This document shows, piece after piece, positions 8,913-19,321 of a stretch of DNA of 64,000 bases. How positions within the stretch are numbered: position 1 is the first letter of the stretch; each line of letters starts with the position of its first letter. The stretch lies in the NCBI GenBank assembly GCA_963676565.1, contig OY781089.1:1760001-1824000 (forward strand), in the 5' to 3' direction. Both the position numbers and the translations under genes were made by a program. The notes under the pieces were generated by a model that searched no databases, was not told where the DNA came from, and worked only from the letters and a program-made list of their open reading frames with translations. Source of the DNA: Halarcobacter sp. GTDB lineage: Bacteria > Campylobacterota > Campylobacteria > Campylobacterales > Arcobacteraceae.

Positions 8913-10288
8913 TAGTTTCTTTTCTTTTCGAAAATTCTTTCTGTAAATTCAGCAAATTTACCCCTAACTGCTTTTTCAAGTTCTATTGCAAACATTGAAA
9001 TTTCAGGATGTTTTTCCCTTGTTTGCTTGAGCAAGGTAGTTAAACCATTGTTATACTTATTTAGATACAAGTTATCAATTTGTCTATTTGAACCAATAAC
9101 AATAGCCATACAAGATTCATCTAGTCTACTTAAAATTAATTGTGTTGTTTTTTCAGAAGAGTTTTGCCACTCATCCATAATAACAATTGCTTCAGAAAGA
9201 GTTCTACCTCTAGCTTCCCCTGGCCATAAAGTTTCAATACAATACCTTGAAGTAAGTTCAGCAATTTTTGAATCAATAGATTCTTTATTTTCTCTATTTT
9301 CACTTTTTTTTAGTTGTTTTTTAGCAACAAATTCTAAAGTGTCATAAAGTGCCATATTATAGATTCTAAATTTCTCTTCATTTCCAGCTAAATATCCAAC
9401 ATCAGCACCTTTATCAAGGGATTCAATGGAGTTTCTTACATAAACTATCTTGTCATAATGTCCTAAGTCAATCAATCTCATTGCACTTACCATTGACATA
9501 AGAGTTTTACCTGAGCCAGCTTTTGCATCGATTACCATTAATTCAAACATATCACTTAAAATTGCTTTCATAAAAAGTTTTTGTTTTAAATTTACAGGTT
9601 TAACTTGTAAGGCTTTAAAATCAGATTCATTTAGAAGTTGGATTCTCTCATTTACAATAATTGCATAAGTAGAGTTTCCATCTTCACTTTCAAAGGAGTA
9701 ACAAAAGTTTTCATTTGAGTACTCTTCATCAAACTTTCTAATATCTGCTCCATCAAGGGAGTTAAATACACTTGAGTCTAAACTTATTTTTTTCAAGAAT
9801 TCAAATTTAGGTACTGTAGATTTATCATCATGCAGAGTTTCTGCTTTAATACCTTTAAAAAGTGCAAAGGTTCTTGCATAGACATCAAGGGATAAAAACA
9901 GGGTTTGAGCACCTTTATAATAATCTTGTGCAATAGCTGCAACTTCAATAATACGTTTATCATTACTTTCACTAATATGAATTTGCTCAATTTCTGATTC
10001 ATATTGATCTTTAGAGATAATATGTAACATCATCTCATTATTATAAAGTTTTACAACTTTAAAGCCTAATTTGTAGTCAACCTCTTTGATTTTCATATTA
10101 GCAAGTAAACGAGCGAACTCTCTAGAATAATAACCTAACTCATTTGTCAGTTTCTTTTTGTCCTCTAATTCTAATAAAACTGTTTCTGGTATTACAATGG
10201 TGTTTGTGTTATTGTCAGATAATCTGTTCAAGTTTTGAACGTTTTGCAGGATAATATTAGTATCAATTACATATACTTTATCTTTCAT
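8912..10288 (-). CDS. PIN-PhoH fusion protein (PhoH2/YlaK type)
   Basis: PIN motif YVIDTNI..E.E.K..NDKRI..D; P-loop AKAGSGKT; RGRTL; DEWQN. Confidence 0.88.
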   Translation of the reverse strand: MKDKVYVIDTNIILQNVQNLNRLSDNNTNTIVIPETVLLELEDKKKLTNELGYYSREFARLLANMKIKEVDYKLGFKVVKLYNNEMMLHIISKDQYESEIEQIHISESNDKRIIEVAAIAQDYYKGAQTLFLSLDVYARTFALFKGIKAETLHDDKSTVPKFEFLKKISLDSSVFNSLDGADIRKFDEEYSNENFCYSFESEDGNSTYAIIVNERIQLLNESDFKALQVKPVNLKQKLFMKAILSDMFELMVIDAKAGSGKTLMSMVSAMRLIDLGHYDKIVYVRNSIESLDKGADVGYLAGNEEKFRIYNMALYDTLEFVAKKQLKKSENRENKESIDSKIAELTSRYCIETLWPGEARGRTLSEAIVIMDEWQNSSEKTTQLILSRLDESCMAIVIGSNRQIDNLYLNKYNNGLTTLLKQTREKHPEISMFAIELEKAVRGKFAEFTERIFEKKRN

Positions 10289-10341
10289 AGAAAAATTATA
10301 ACATTAAAAAGCTACAAGTTAACGACAAAATTGTATAATTA

Positions 10342-11271
10342 GTGATGCTAAAATTTAATAATCAAACAATGCTAGAAATTTTAAATATTCTAAAAAAAGA
10401 ATTAACTACCAAAAATTCAATCACCTTTGAAGTTTTGAACCCTGATAATTTTAATAATAAAGCTATTGGAGAAAATATTGAAATTTCAAATGCTGTTTAT
10501 ATATTTAGAGATTATAAATCGTGGATAGATTTAGCAGAAAAGCTTTTTTCTAAAATGTTAACACCAATTAAAGTTGATGAAAATATTGTTCAATTAACAT
10601 TTCAAAAACTAAATTTAAACGATAGTTTTCATAATGATGAACAAGATAAAGAAAAATATGGTAGCCAATCTTTATTTTCTAAAATCAATAAAAATGAAGA
10701 GCCTGAAATTTTATATTCATACTTACAAGCACTTAAAAATGTAAAAATTGAAAAAAGAGTTAGAGTTTTAAACCTTGGGGTAAATACAGGGGAAGAGTTT
10801 GAACTTATAAAAGAGTATTGTGATAATTTTAAAGATTTAGAATTAGTTGGAATAGATTATTCAGATACAGCCATACAAGCAGCAAAAGAAAAATTTAGAG
10901 ATGATAAAAACACTAAGTTTTTTGTTCACGATATTAATAGTTTAGATGAGCTTTCTTTAGGAACTTTTGATTTAATCATTACAATTGGGACTTTACAAAG
11001 TTGCAACTCAAATTTTAAAGAATTATTTATGAACATCATACAAAACTATTTAAAAAAAGATGGCTCTATGATACTTGGTTTCCCCAACTGTAGATGGCTT
11101 GAGGGTAAACCTATTTTCGGAGCAAAGGCTCCAAACTATAGCTTTTCAGAGATGAGTATTTTATTTAATGATGTTGTTTTTTGTAAAAAATACTTGCAAC
11201 AAAAAAAATTTAGAGTAACAATAACTGGTAAGTACTATATTTTTTTAACGGCAACTAGTATTAGAAAATAA
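10342..11271 (+). CDS. Class I SAM-dependent methyltransferase
   Basis: VLNLGVNTG, LVGIDYS, FDLIITIG motifs. Confidence 0.8.
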   Translation: MMLKFNNQTMLEILNILKKELTTKNSITFEVLNPDNFNNKAIGENIEISNAVYIFRDYKSWIDLAEKLFSKMLTPIKVDENIVQLTFQKLNLNDSFHNDEQDKEKYGSQSLFSKINKNEEPEILYSYLQALKNVKIEKRVRVLNLGVNTGEEFELIKEYCDNFKDLELVGIDYSDTAIQAAKEKFRDDKNTKFFVHDINSLDELSLGTFDLIITIGTLQSCNSNFKELFMNIIQNYLKKDGSMILGFPNCRWLEGKPIFGAKAPNYSFSEMSILFNDVVFCKKYLQQKKFRVTITGKYYIFLTATSIRK

Positions 11272-11323
11272 TTAGTTTAAATTATTTATTTTTAATTCTA
11301 GTTTTTTTTGATAAGGTTTCCCT

Positions 11324-12337
11324 ATGAAAAAAAACATATTAATAACATTACTTTTTATTTTACTCTTAAAATTAAACCTTTTCTCAAACGAAACGAATTA
11401 TTTATATAATAAAGATGCATCAAAACTAATAAAAGATTTAGTTAATAATCATGGTTTTAGTAAATCCTATTTGGATGAATTGTTTTCTAATGTTAAAGTT
11501 CAAAAATCTGCATTGAAATATTATACAAAAAAGAAAAAAAAAGATTTTGAGATTAAAAAAAAGTATCATGGAAGCTGGGATAGGTATGAAAAGAAACTTT
11601 TAGACCAAGAAAGAATTGAAGTAGGTGCAAAATTTATGAAAAAGAATAAAAAAGCACTAAATAAAGCCTATAAAAAATATGGAGTTCAACCTGAATATAT
11701 AGCTGCAATAATTGGAATAGAAAGTTATTATGGAAAATACAGTGGCGATTATCCTGTCTTTGATGCCTTAGCCACATTAAGTTTTGAAGAAAATAGAAGA
11801 AATGAATTTTTTAGAAATGAATTAAAAGAGTTTTTAATTTTAACAAAGAAAAACAAACAAAATCCAAAAAGTATTTATGGTTCTTTTGCTGGTGCCATAG
11901 GCTTGGCACAATTTATGCCAAGTAACTTTAAAAAACTTGCAATAGATTTTAACAATGATGGCATTGTTGATTTAGACAATGAAGAAGATGCCATAGGTAG
12001 TATCGCTAAATATTTTAATAAATCAGGTTGGAATAGAATGATCCCTGTTGCAACTAGAGTAAGTTATGAAGGTAAAAGATTTAATAGATTTAAAACTGGA
12101 TTTAAATATAAATATAAGCGTTCAAAACTAAAAGGGATACAACCTAAAGACAATAATTTCTATTATCCTAAGAAAGTTCATTTAATAAAACTTAATCGAT
12201 ATAAGTTTGATGAACTTTGGTATGGGACCAAAAATTTTTATGTGATTACAAGGTATAACCGCAGTAGTTATTATGCAATGGCAGTTTATAAATTAGCAAA
12301 GAAATTAAGAAAGGCTTATAGAAAAAAAAGTGTATAA
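11324..12337 (+). CDS. mltB: Lytic murein transglycosylase B
   Basis: IIGIESYYG, GSFAGAIGLAQFMPS, DFNNDG, NFYVITRYNRSSYYAMAV. Confidence 0.92.
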   Translation: MKKNILITLLFILLLKLNLFSNETNYLYNKDASKLIKDLVNNHGFSKSYLDELFSNVKVQKSALKYYTKKKKKDFEIKKKYHGSWDRYEKKLLDQERIEVGAKFMKKNKKALNKAYKKYGVQPEYIAAIIGIESYYGKYSGDYPVFDALATLSFEENRRNEFFRNELKEFLILTKKNKQNPKSIYGSFAGAIGLAQFMPSNFKKLAIDFNNDGIVDLDNEEDAIGSIAKYFNKSGWNRMIPVATRVSYEGKRFNRFKTGFKYKYKRSKLKGIQPKDNNFYYPKKVHLIKLNRYKFDELWYGTKNFYVITRYNRSSYYAMAVYKLAKKLRKAYRKKSV

Positions 12338-12371
12338 TACAAACTTTAAAATAAAAATATGAAGGAATAAA

Positions 12372-12926
12372 ATGAAAAATTTATTATTTAGTTTTAGTTT
12401 AGTTTTTGTAGCCTTATTTTTTGCTGCTTGTGAATCAGATGAAGCAAAAACAATAGTTGAAGATAATCGAAGTTTTGATGAGTTGAAAGAGAAAAGTAAT
12501 AAAACTTATACCCTTAATACAACAAGTGGTGAAAAAATTGTATTTAGAATTGAAGAAAATAAAATAACTTCTGAACAGTTAAATGGGAAAACTTTATTAA
12601 TAAACTTTTGGGCAACTTGGTGTAAACCTTGTGAAAAAGAGATTCCTGCATTTAATGAATTATATGAGAAGTATGGTGAGAATTTTGAAATTATTGGTGT
12701 GCTTTTTGAAAAAGATAAAGATCCAAAAGAGTTAGCAGATTTTATGGCTAGATTTAACATGAAGTTTCCTGTTACAGTAGGTGAAGAGAATTTTAGACTA
12801 GCAAAAACATTTGATGATGTAAAAATGGTTCCTGAATCATATCTATATGACAAAAATGGGAACTTTGTTAAAAATTACATTGGAGAAGTTGACCAAAAAG
12901 ACTTAGAAGAGTACTTAAAACAGTAA
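12372..12926 (+). CDS. TlpA-family thioredoxin-like lipoprotein
   Basis: Lipobox FAAC; INFWATWCKPC; cis-Pro VPES. Confidence 0.9.
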   Translation: MKNLLFSFSLVFVALFFAACESDEAKTIVEDNRSFDELKEKSNKTYTLNTTSGEKIVFRIEENKITSEQLNGKTLLINFWATWCKPCEKEIPAFNELYEKYGENFEIIGVLFEKDKDPKELADFMARFNMKFPVTVGEENFRLAKTFDDVKMVPESYLYDKNGNFVKNYIGEVDQKDLEEYLKQ

Positions 12927-12979
12927 TATCAGTAAAATTTTTGTATACTAGTAATTAAAAATAACTAAAAAGGTAACAT

Positions 12980-14194
12980 ATGTCAATATCAGAGTTTTTG
13001 TCAACAATAAAAGAATCACAGTTTAATATAGCTCAAATATATGATAAAGCACCAAATGAAACAATGATACTATTAGCAGTTATAGTTGTTGCAATTATTA
13101 TTGTATATTTTATTATTTCAAACTCAATAAAAGCTTCAAATACTGTAAAATTAGTAGAAAATATTTTAGATTCAAAAACTTATGATGAGATTGATAATAA
13201 GTTATCTATTTTAAGTAAAGAGCTTCCAAAAAGAGGGGTTAAAGTTACTGATGCTTTAAATGTTGTAAAGGAACATCTATTATTTAGAACCTCAAAATTA
13301 TTGGCAAATATGACAATTGCCCAAAAAATTGAAAAATACCAAGAGCTTTCAAAAAGATATTCTCAAATTGCCCAAGCCTCAAAGAAACAAAAAAATGAAG
13401 ATTTAGTTGTTTTTTATGAACAAAAATCAAAAGAATTAGTAGAAGTTAATTTAGCTGAAGAGATTGCTTATTATCTTGAAAATGTACATTTCAATGAAGA
13501 TGAAGTTGAAAATGTAAATGCTATAGTTAAATACGCAAACAGTATATCAAATCCTAAATCTATAATTGATCCAATGATTGAAACAATGAATAAGTTTAGT
13601 TATGGTTATAACATTGATTTATTTAGATTTATAGAGAAACTTACAAAAGAGGACTCTAAACAAGTTTTTGAAAATGCAAATGAAAAAATGGAAGAGTTAT
13701 TTAATAATGGTGATAAGGAAATCTCAATAATCATTTTGGATTATCTTCTTGAAAAAAATGAAAATCAAAAAGTTTATGATTATATTTCTACATTAAATAG
13801 AAAAAACTATTTGCAACAACTTCATGATTTATATTTCAATAAAAAAGATGATTTATATTTAGATTTAGCATTTATTGCAAATCCATTAAAAATAGATTCA
13901 GATTATAAAAGTTATTTAGATGAATCATTAACATCAAACTGGAGAGATTCTTCTCATATAGAATTTTTATCAAAATCTAAAGGTGTGCTTGAAGTTTTAG
14001 GTCACATGGAGTTTAGAACTTTAATTGAAAGAATTGATAATATAAAAGTTGAAACAGAAAATAGAAAAATGGTTGAAGAGGCATTATCTATTGCAAAAAG
14101 AGCTGAATCAATTGCCCTAGAAGCTAAGTCTTTAAACAAAAGACCTGTTATTATGACTCAAGCAACACAAGTAAAAAAAACTAGTGAGAATTGA
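12980..14194 (+). CDS. Hypothetical single-TM helical protein
   Basis: 404-aa ORF with RBS and one N-terminal hydrophobic segment; no motif recognised. Confidence 0.7.
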   Translation: MSISEFLSTIKESQFNIAQIYDKAPNETMILLAVIVVAIIIVYFIISNSIKASNTVKLVENILDSKTYDEIDNKLSILSKELPKRGVKVTDALNVVKEHLLFRTSKLLANMTIAQKIEKYQELSKRYSQIAQASKKQKNEDLVVFYEQKSKELVEVNLAEEIAYYLENVHFNEDEVENVNAIVKYANSISNPKSIIDPMIETMNKFSYGYNIDLFRFIEKLTKEDSKQVFENANEKMEELFNNGDKEISIIILDYLLEKNENQKVYDYISTLNRKNYLQQLHDLYFNKKDDLYLDLAFIANPLKIDSDYKSYLDESLTSNWRDSSHIEFLSKSKGVLEVLGHMEFRTLIERIDNIKVETENRKMVEEALSIAKRAESIALEAKSLNKRPVIMTQATQVKKTSEN

Positions 14195-14200
14195 TTTTAA

Positions 14201-14497
14201 ATGAGTGATTTTAATCCAGTATTTATAGTGTTTTTTTTAATTTTAGTTGCACTTGTTTTTTTAATATTTAAAAGAACGAACTCTAATTATAAACCTAGTT
14301 ATTTAAAAAAGCAAGAATTAGTAAAACAGTATGAATATGAGATGTTAAAATTAATATCAAAATATGAAAAAGAACCAGATATTTTAAAAGTTAAAAAAAT
14401 TGAGTTTTTAAAACAAGCAAGTAGTGAATTACACAATAATATATTTTTTGAAGATAAAGAAGCTAAAGCCTTAGTTCAGAAATTAGCATCTTTATAA
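14201..14497 (+). CDS. Hypothetical small membrane-anchored protein
   Basis: N-terminal TM helix; starts 6 nt after the upstream gene. Confidence 0.7.
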   Translation: MSDFNPVFIVFFLILVALVFLIFKRTNSNYKPSYLKKQELVKQYEYEMLKLISKYEKEPDILKVKKIEFLKQASSELHNNIFFEDKEAKALVQKLASL

Positions 14498-14503
14498 AAT
14501 AAA

Positions 14504-14535
14504 TAATTTAAGGTTGAAAATTCAACCTTAAATTA
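14504..14535. terminator. Probable bidirectional terminator
   Basis: Perfect IR TAATTTAAGGTTGAA-AA-TTCAACCTTAAATTA between convergent genes. Confidence 0.75.
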
Positions 14536-15000
14536 AAATTCTGCACTAGCTACCCAGTCTGCAGGCTCTTCAAGAAATATTACAATCTCCTCAAGAATTT
14601 TTTTATGTTTATCTTCTTCTTTTGCAATTTGTAAAAAGATTCTTTTTTCTCTTTCATCACTTAATTCTTCAGCTTTTTGGGCATAGAAATCATGAGACTC
14701 TACTTCTCTTGTTATTGCATCTTTATAAAATTGGATTTGTTCTTTATCAAAACTCACATTGTCTTTTTCTTCAATTAACGTTGTGAAAATTGTTTGTGTA
14801 TCAGTAACTAAATCTAATTTATCATAATCAATATTCTCTTTTTTAAGCATATTTTTAAATACATTATAGTGCTTAACCTCTTCATCAGCCAACATTGTAA
14901 AAATTCTCTTAAGACCAGGATTCGAGGCAGATGCTGCCATTTCTCTATAGTATGCTTCACCTTCTTTTTCTACTTTCATAGCGTACTCATATACATTCAT
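14533..15000 (-). CDS. Rubrerythrin/ferritin-like di-iron protein without a rubredoxin domain
   Basis: Two E...Y / EExxH repeats (DEEVKH, KEEDKH); no CxxC domain. Confidence 0.85.
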   Translation of the reverse strand: MNVYEYAMKVEKEGEAYYREMAASASNPGLKRIFTMLADEEVKHYNVFKNMLKKENIDYDKLDLVTDTQTIFTTLIEEKDNVSFDKEQIQFYKDAITREVESHDFYAQKAEELSDEREKRIFLQIAKEEDKHKKILEEIVIFLEEPADWVASAEF

Positions 15001-15077
15001 ACTTTTCCTTTTTGAATAAGATTTATTAATATAATATCATAAGTAAATAAAATTTACAAAATATTTTTTTACTTAAT

Positions 15078-15863
15078 TTATTCGTATGGACAAGGAACCG
15101 GTGGAATCTGTTTAAATGAGTTTTTTATTGCTTGATTTATAGAGTTTTTATATCTAGAAGTTTTTGGTGCAATCGCCGCAAACTGGATAAAGTCTTCACT
15201 CCATTGTAAAGTTTTTTCTTTTTTATAAACAAAAGCAATTTTTTTACCCATTTGTTTACATCTTAAATAAATAGTTTGTGCATAGTTGTTTATGAAAACA
15301 AATTCTTTAGCATTTATTTTTTCTCCCCATGCAAAAAATACAAACTTTCCACTTGGAACAAATTCTTGTGCATCAAAATACATAATATCTCTATCAAATT
15401 CAGTATTTTGATTTGAATTATATTTTTCTAAATCTGCATCAAATTTCATTAAAAGTGATGAAGCATCTATATTTTCTTCAACCAAATTAAATAAATTTTT
15501 TATTTCAACAAGTTTACCTTTATAATTTTCAGATAAAGCTTGTTTAAATACTGTAATGTAACCCTCTTGTTTTAGTTCAACATATTCATCAAATTTATCA
15601 AAATCTTGATCTAATAAATATTTATTTGAATCGTATCCTTCTGGAGTAACTAAAGGATTATATAAAAAAATTGTGCCAGCAATGTTTTTCTTTCTATCTT
15701 TATTTGTTTTTATCATTTGTTTTAATTCTTTTGCTGTAATCATCTCTTCATCATCATTAAAATAAAGATAACTAGAAGTTAAAAAAACCTCTTCGTATTT
15801 AGTTTCTAATATTCCAAAATATTGCATCTCTTTCCTTATAAGTATATTTGTAATAGTATCCAA
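15078..15863 (-). CDS. Hypothetical protein, possibly DUF1643-like
   Basis: IFLYNP, IKNLFN and VFFAWG motifs; start codon uncertain. Confidence 0.55.
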   Translation of the reverse strand: MDTITNILIRKEMQYFGILETKYEEVFLTSSYLYFNDDEEMITAKELKQMIKTNKDRKKNIAGTIFLYNPLVTPEGYDSNKYLLDQDFDKFDEYVELKQEGYITVFKQALSENYKGKLVEIKNLFNLVEENIDASSLLMKFDADLEKYNSNQNTEFDRDIMYFDAQEFVPSGKFVFFAWGEKINAKEFVFINNYAQTIYLRCKQMGKKIAFVYKKEKTLQWSEDFIQFAAIAPKTSRYKNSINQAIKNSFKQIPPVPCPYE

Positions 15864-16138
15864 ATTTTTTTTAAAAGTGTTCCACTGGATAAAAATTATC
15901 TCTAACCTTAAATAAGACTAAAATTATCCTATTTGTTTTTAAGGCATAAAACTCTTTAAGTCTATATTGATAAACTTTCAGTACATTAAAACAATTTGAT
16001 GTAAAACTACACAGCCAAAACCGCAATGTAAGTTGACAAAGTACTTATTTCTTCTCCTTCGCTTTTGTTAACTTCATTGCATATTTTCAAATCCCACTTA
16101 GTAAATTTAGATATAATATTTCTTTTTTAGGAAATAAT

Positions 16139-17257
16139 ATGAGATATGACAAAATGAGCTCTTTTATCGTAATGGATATTGTACGAGATGCTCAAAAATA
16201 CGATGATACAATACATTTTGAGATTGGACAACCTGATTTAAACCCAAGTTTAAAAGTGAAAAATAGTTTAAAAAAAGCCTTAGACGAGGACAAGTTTTCC
16301 TATACTGAATCTTTAGGATTATTTGAACTTAGGGAAAAAATTGTTCAACATTATAAAAAATCTTATGGTGTAAGTATTGACCCTTCACAGATATTATTAA
16401 CCCCAGGCACTTCCGGTGCTTTTTTAATTGCATATACTTTAACACTAAAAAAAGATGGGAAGTTAGGTCTTAGTGATCCATCATACCCTTGTTATAAAAA
16501 CTTTGCATATATGTTTGATATAGATCCAGTTTTTATGAATATAGATAAAACCACAAATTATGAATTAACAGTTGAACATTTAAAAAAAGAAAATATTGAT
16601 GCTCTTCAAATATCAAGTCCTAGTAATCCAACTGGTAATATTTACTCTAAAGAGAATTTAAAAGAGTTAATTGAATACTGTGATGAAAATGATATATTTT
16701 TTATATCAGATGAACTTTATCATGGGTTAGTTTATGAAAAAGAGGCAAATTGTGCTTTGGAATTTAGTGATAAGTCAATTGTAATCAATGGTTTTTCCAA
16801 ATATTTTTGTATGCCAGGAATGAGGTTAGGGTGGATTATTGTTCCTAAAAATTTAGTTAGAGAAGCAGAGATTATTGCTCAAAATATTTTTATTTCAGCT
16901 CCAACATTATCACAATATGCAGCTTTAGAAGCTTTTGATTATGAGTATTTAGAAAATATAAAAAATACTTTTAAAGAAAGAAGAGACTTTTTGTATAAAG
17001 AGCTAAATGATATATTTAAAATTGATGCAAAACCAGATGGGGCATTTTATCTTTGGGCAGATGTATCAAAATATTCAGATGATAGTTTTGCTTTTGCAAA
17101 AGAGTTACTAGAAAATATTCATATTGCTTCAACACCTGGAATTGATTTTGGAAGTAATAAAACAAATAAGTATTTAAGATTTGCATATACACGAGATATA
17201 AAGCATATGAAAGAGGGAATTGAAAGGTTAAAAAAATATTTACAAAGTAGAAAGTAG
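16139..17257 (+). CDS. PLP-dependent aminotransferase class I/II
   Basis: FEIGQPD, SPSNPTG, ISDELYH, NGFSKYFCMPGMRLGW, YLRFAY. Confidence 0.93.
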   Translation: MRYDKMSSFIVMDIVRDAQKYDDTIHFEIGQPDLNPSLKVKNSLKKALDEDKFSYTESLGLFELREKIVQHYKKSYGVSIDPSQILLTPGTSGAFLIAYTLTLKKDGKLGLSDPSYPCYKNFAYMFDIDPVFMNIDKTTNYELTVEHLKKENIDALQISSPSNPTGNIYSKENLKELIEYCDENDIFFISDELYHGLVYEKEANCALEFSDKSIVINGFSKYFCMPGMRLGWIIVPKNLVREAEIIAQNIFISAPTLSQYAALEAFDYEYLENIKNTFKERRDFLYKELNDIFKIDAKPDGAFYLWADVSKYSDDSFAFAKELLENIHIASTPGIDFGSNKTNKYLRFAYTRDIKHMKEGIERLKKYLQSRK

Positions 17258-17875
17258 TGAGTGTAACTCTTCTAATGATTTAATATAGTGTTGAGCCTTT
17301 GAAAAATCTTGAGTTTTAGTAAACTCATTGTGAACTATTATACAATCAATATTTGCACTAAAAGCAGAGATTAGTCCACGTTCTGAATCCTCAACAACTA
17401 CAACTTCATCTTTCTTTGCATTAAATAGTTCAAGACCTTTTAGATAAGGTTCAGGGTGGGGTTTTGCTTTTTTATAGTCTTCTACACATAATACAAACTC
17501 CATAAAATCAGTGATACCTCTATTTTTATGAATAATCTCAAAATCTTCTCGTCTTGAAGTTGTTACGATGCCCATTTTATAATGTTTGCTAAGTTTTTCT
17601 AATATTTTATGAATATTATCAATTGCAAGATTTTCTGTTTTTAGATACTCTTGATAATATACATCCCTTTGGTCTCTGGCAATATCAATTTGTTTTTTTG
17701 TAGCATTTGGTGCAGCTACCCAAACACCTTTACCATCAGTCATAAGTTTCATATATTGTTCAAAGCTTACATCCACATCAAAAAACTCTTTTAAAGCACG
17801 TTTGCTAGCCTTGTAGTATAGAGGTTCAGTTTCAACAAGGACCCCATCATTATCAAAAAGGATATATTTTTTCAA
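17240..17875 (-). CDS. HAD-superfamily phosphatase
   Basis: FDNDGVLVETE, KPHPEPY, VEDSERG. Confidence 0.9.
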   Translation of the reverse strand: MKKYILFDNDGVLVETEPLYYKASKRALKEFFDVDVSFEQYMKLMTDGKGVWVAAPNATKKQIDIARDQRDVYYQEYLKTENLAIDNIHKILEKLSKHYKMGIVTTSRREDFEIIHKNRGITDFMEFVLCVEDYKKAKPHPEPYLKGLELFNAKKDEVVVVEDSERGLISAFSANIDCIIVHNEFTKTQDFSKAQHYIKSLEELHSLLSTL

Positions 17876-17878
17876 ATC

Positions 17879-18286
17879 TTAGTTATCATCATACTTTTCA
17901 AACTCTTCATCATAAAAGCATCCAAGTTGACAATGGGTTACTTTAATATCAGAATTATTAATTGTTGAACCTACTTTTCTTAAGGTTGCACCTTTATCTC
18001 TTGCTGCATACCATGCAACTTCACATTCAACTTTTTTTGCTTTGTTGAAGTTTTCAGAAAGTTTGTTATAAATTTTATCGTCAAGGTCAGAAAACTGTAT
18101 CTTACCAAATACACCTAGTTCACAGTTTGTAATTTTAATATTCATTGATTTTGTGATAAAGTCCATATCTTTTGGCTTTACACCAATTAATCTTGCTACT
18201 TTAAAAGCTTTTAAGCAAGATAGTTTTCCTTCTTCATCCAAGTTAGTTAATAATAAGTCTTTTTGCGTCTCGTCTAATTGTTTCAT
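17879..18286 (-). CDS. Small protein with a duplicated Cys-containing domain
   Basis: Two repeats of C..A...A....(I/V)T.C(E/Q)LG.F. Confidence 0.7.
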   Translation of the reverse strand: MKQLDETQKDLLLTNLDEEGKLSCLKAFKVARLIGVKPKDMDFITKSMNIKITNCELGVFGKIQFSDLDDKIYNKLSENFNKAKKVECEVAWYAARDKGATLRKVGSTINNSDIKVTHCQLGCFYDEEFEKYDDN

Positions 18287-18545
18287 TTTTTTATATTATT
18301 GCCTTTTATAATACCTTAAAATTTTTTCGGATTATACTATTTAAAAGTTACATAAAAATAGCGAATGAGCGATTATACAATTTAATGGTGAAATTAAAGT
18401 GATTAATATGAATATTTTATGTAATTTTTATAAAAAAATAATATGGCGTGTAGAATCGTACTATTTTACAAAAGAATTATTAGTTTTCTTAATGAATATT
18501 TTTTGCTTTTAGTCTGAATTTATGAAATATAAAGTTGATAGTCTT

Positions 18546-19127
18546 TTAGCATTTTTTTAATGCTTCTAGTTCCCATTTGCTTTTTGGTGCAATATAGTTT
18601 TTAAAAGAATTATAAATTTTTTTTATATCATCACTTACAATTATTGCATCTAAATGCTCTTGACTAATAAAACCATTATGAACACAATTTTGTAAAAAAT
18701 CTAAGAATTTATCATAATATCCATTTACATTATAGAAAGCACAAGGCTTTTTATGTAATCCAATTTGAATATATGTAAAAATCTCACTAATCTCTTCTAA
18801 TGTTCCAAAACCACCAGGAAAGGCAATAAAAGCATCAGATAATTGTTCCATCTTCTCTTTTCTTTGCCTAATAGTATCAACCTTATATAGTTTTGTTATT
18901 GAAGTGTTTTCAATCTCTTTATATGCTAAATCATGGGTTATTACTCCAATGACTTGCATATTTAGTTCAATAGCAGTTTGAGATATTGTTCCCATTAAAC
19001 CAGCTTTACTACCACCATAAACAATTGCAGTATCAGTAGTTGAAAGAAACTCTATAGACTCCTTTGCTTTTATATTATAAATTTTATTATTCCCAAAAGA
19101 TGAACCACAATAAATAGCTATTTTCAT
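18546..19127 (-). CDS. LOG-family phosphoribohydrolase (TIGR00730-type)
   Basis: YCGSS, VYGG...GLMG, RK..M, FPGGFGTLEE. Confidence 0.92.
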   Translation of the reverse strand: MKIAIYCGSSFGNNKIYNIKAKESIEFLSTTDTAIVYGGSKAGLMGTISQTAIELNMQVIGVITHDLAYKEIENTSITKLYKVDTIRQRKEKMEQLSDAFIAFPGGFGTLEEISEIFTYIQIGLHKKPCAFYNVNGYYDKFLDFLQNCVHNGFISQEHLDAIIVSDDIKKIYNSFKNYIAPKSKWELEALKKC

Positions 19128-19321
19128 TAATACTCATTTCCTTCAATTAAATTATAAGAAAAATATTCAATTTCAGAATCTTCCACTTTATATCTTATCT
19201 CTATAGGTCTACAACAAACTTCACAATCATCAATTATAAATGATGAGCCTTGCGTTCCTAAGTCTAAAAGTACACTTATTCTTTGTCTGCAATATGGACA
19301 CTCAATAAATTTCTCAAACAT
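19127..19321 (-). CDS. CPXCG-motif Cys-rich small protein
   Basis: CPYC ... DDCEVCCRPI. Confidence 0.85.
   Translation of the reverse strand: MFEKFIECPYCRQRISVLLDLGTQGSSFIIDDCEVCCRPIEIRYKVEDSEIEYFSYNLIEGNEY

Noticed and set aside
18408..18503. Partial TetR-box matches ATGAATATTTT at 18408 and 18492 (also ATGAATATTCTT inside hypD at 50516)
   Set aside because: Right half-site broken or site within a CDS; expected by chance in AT-rich DNA.
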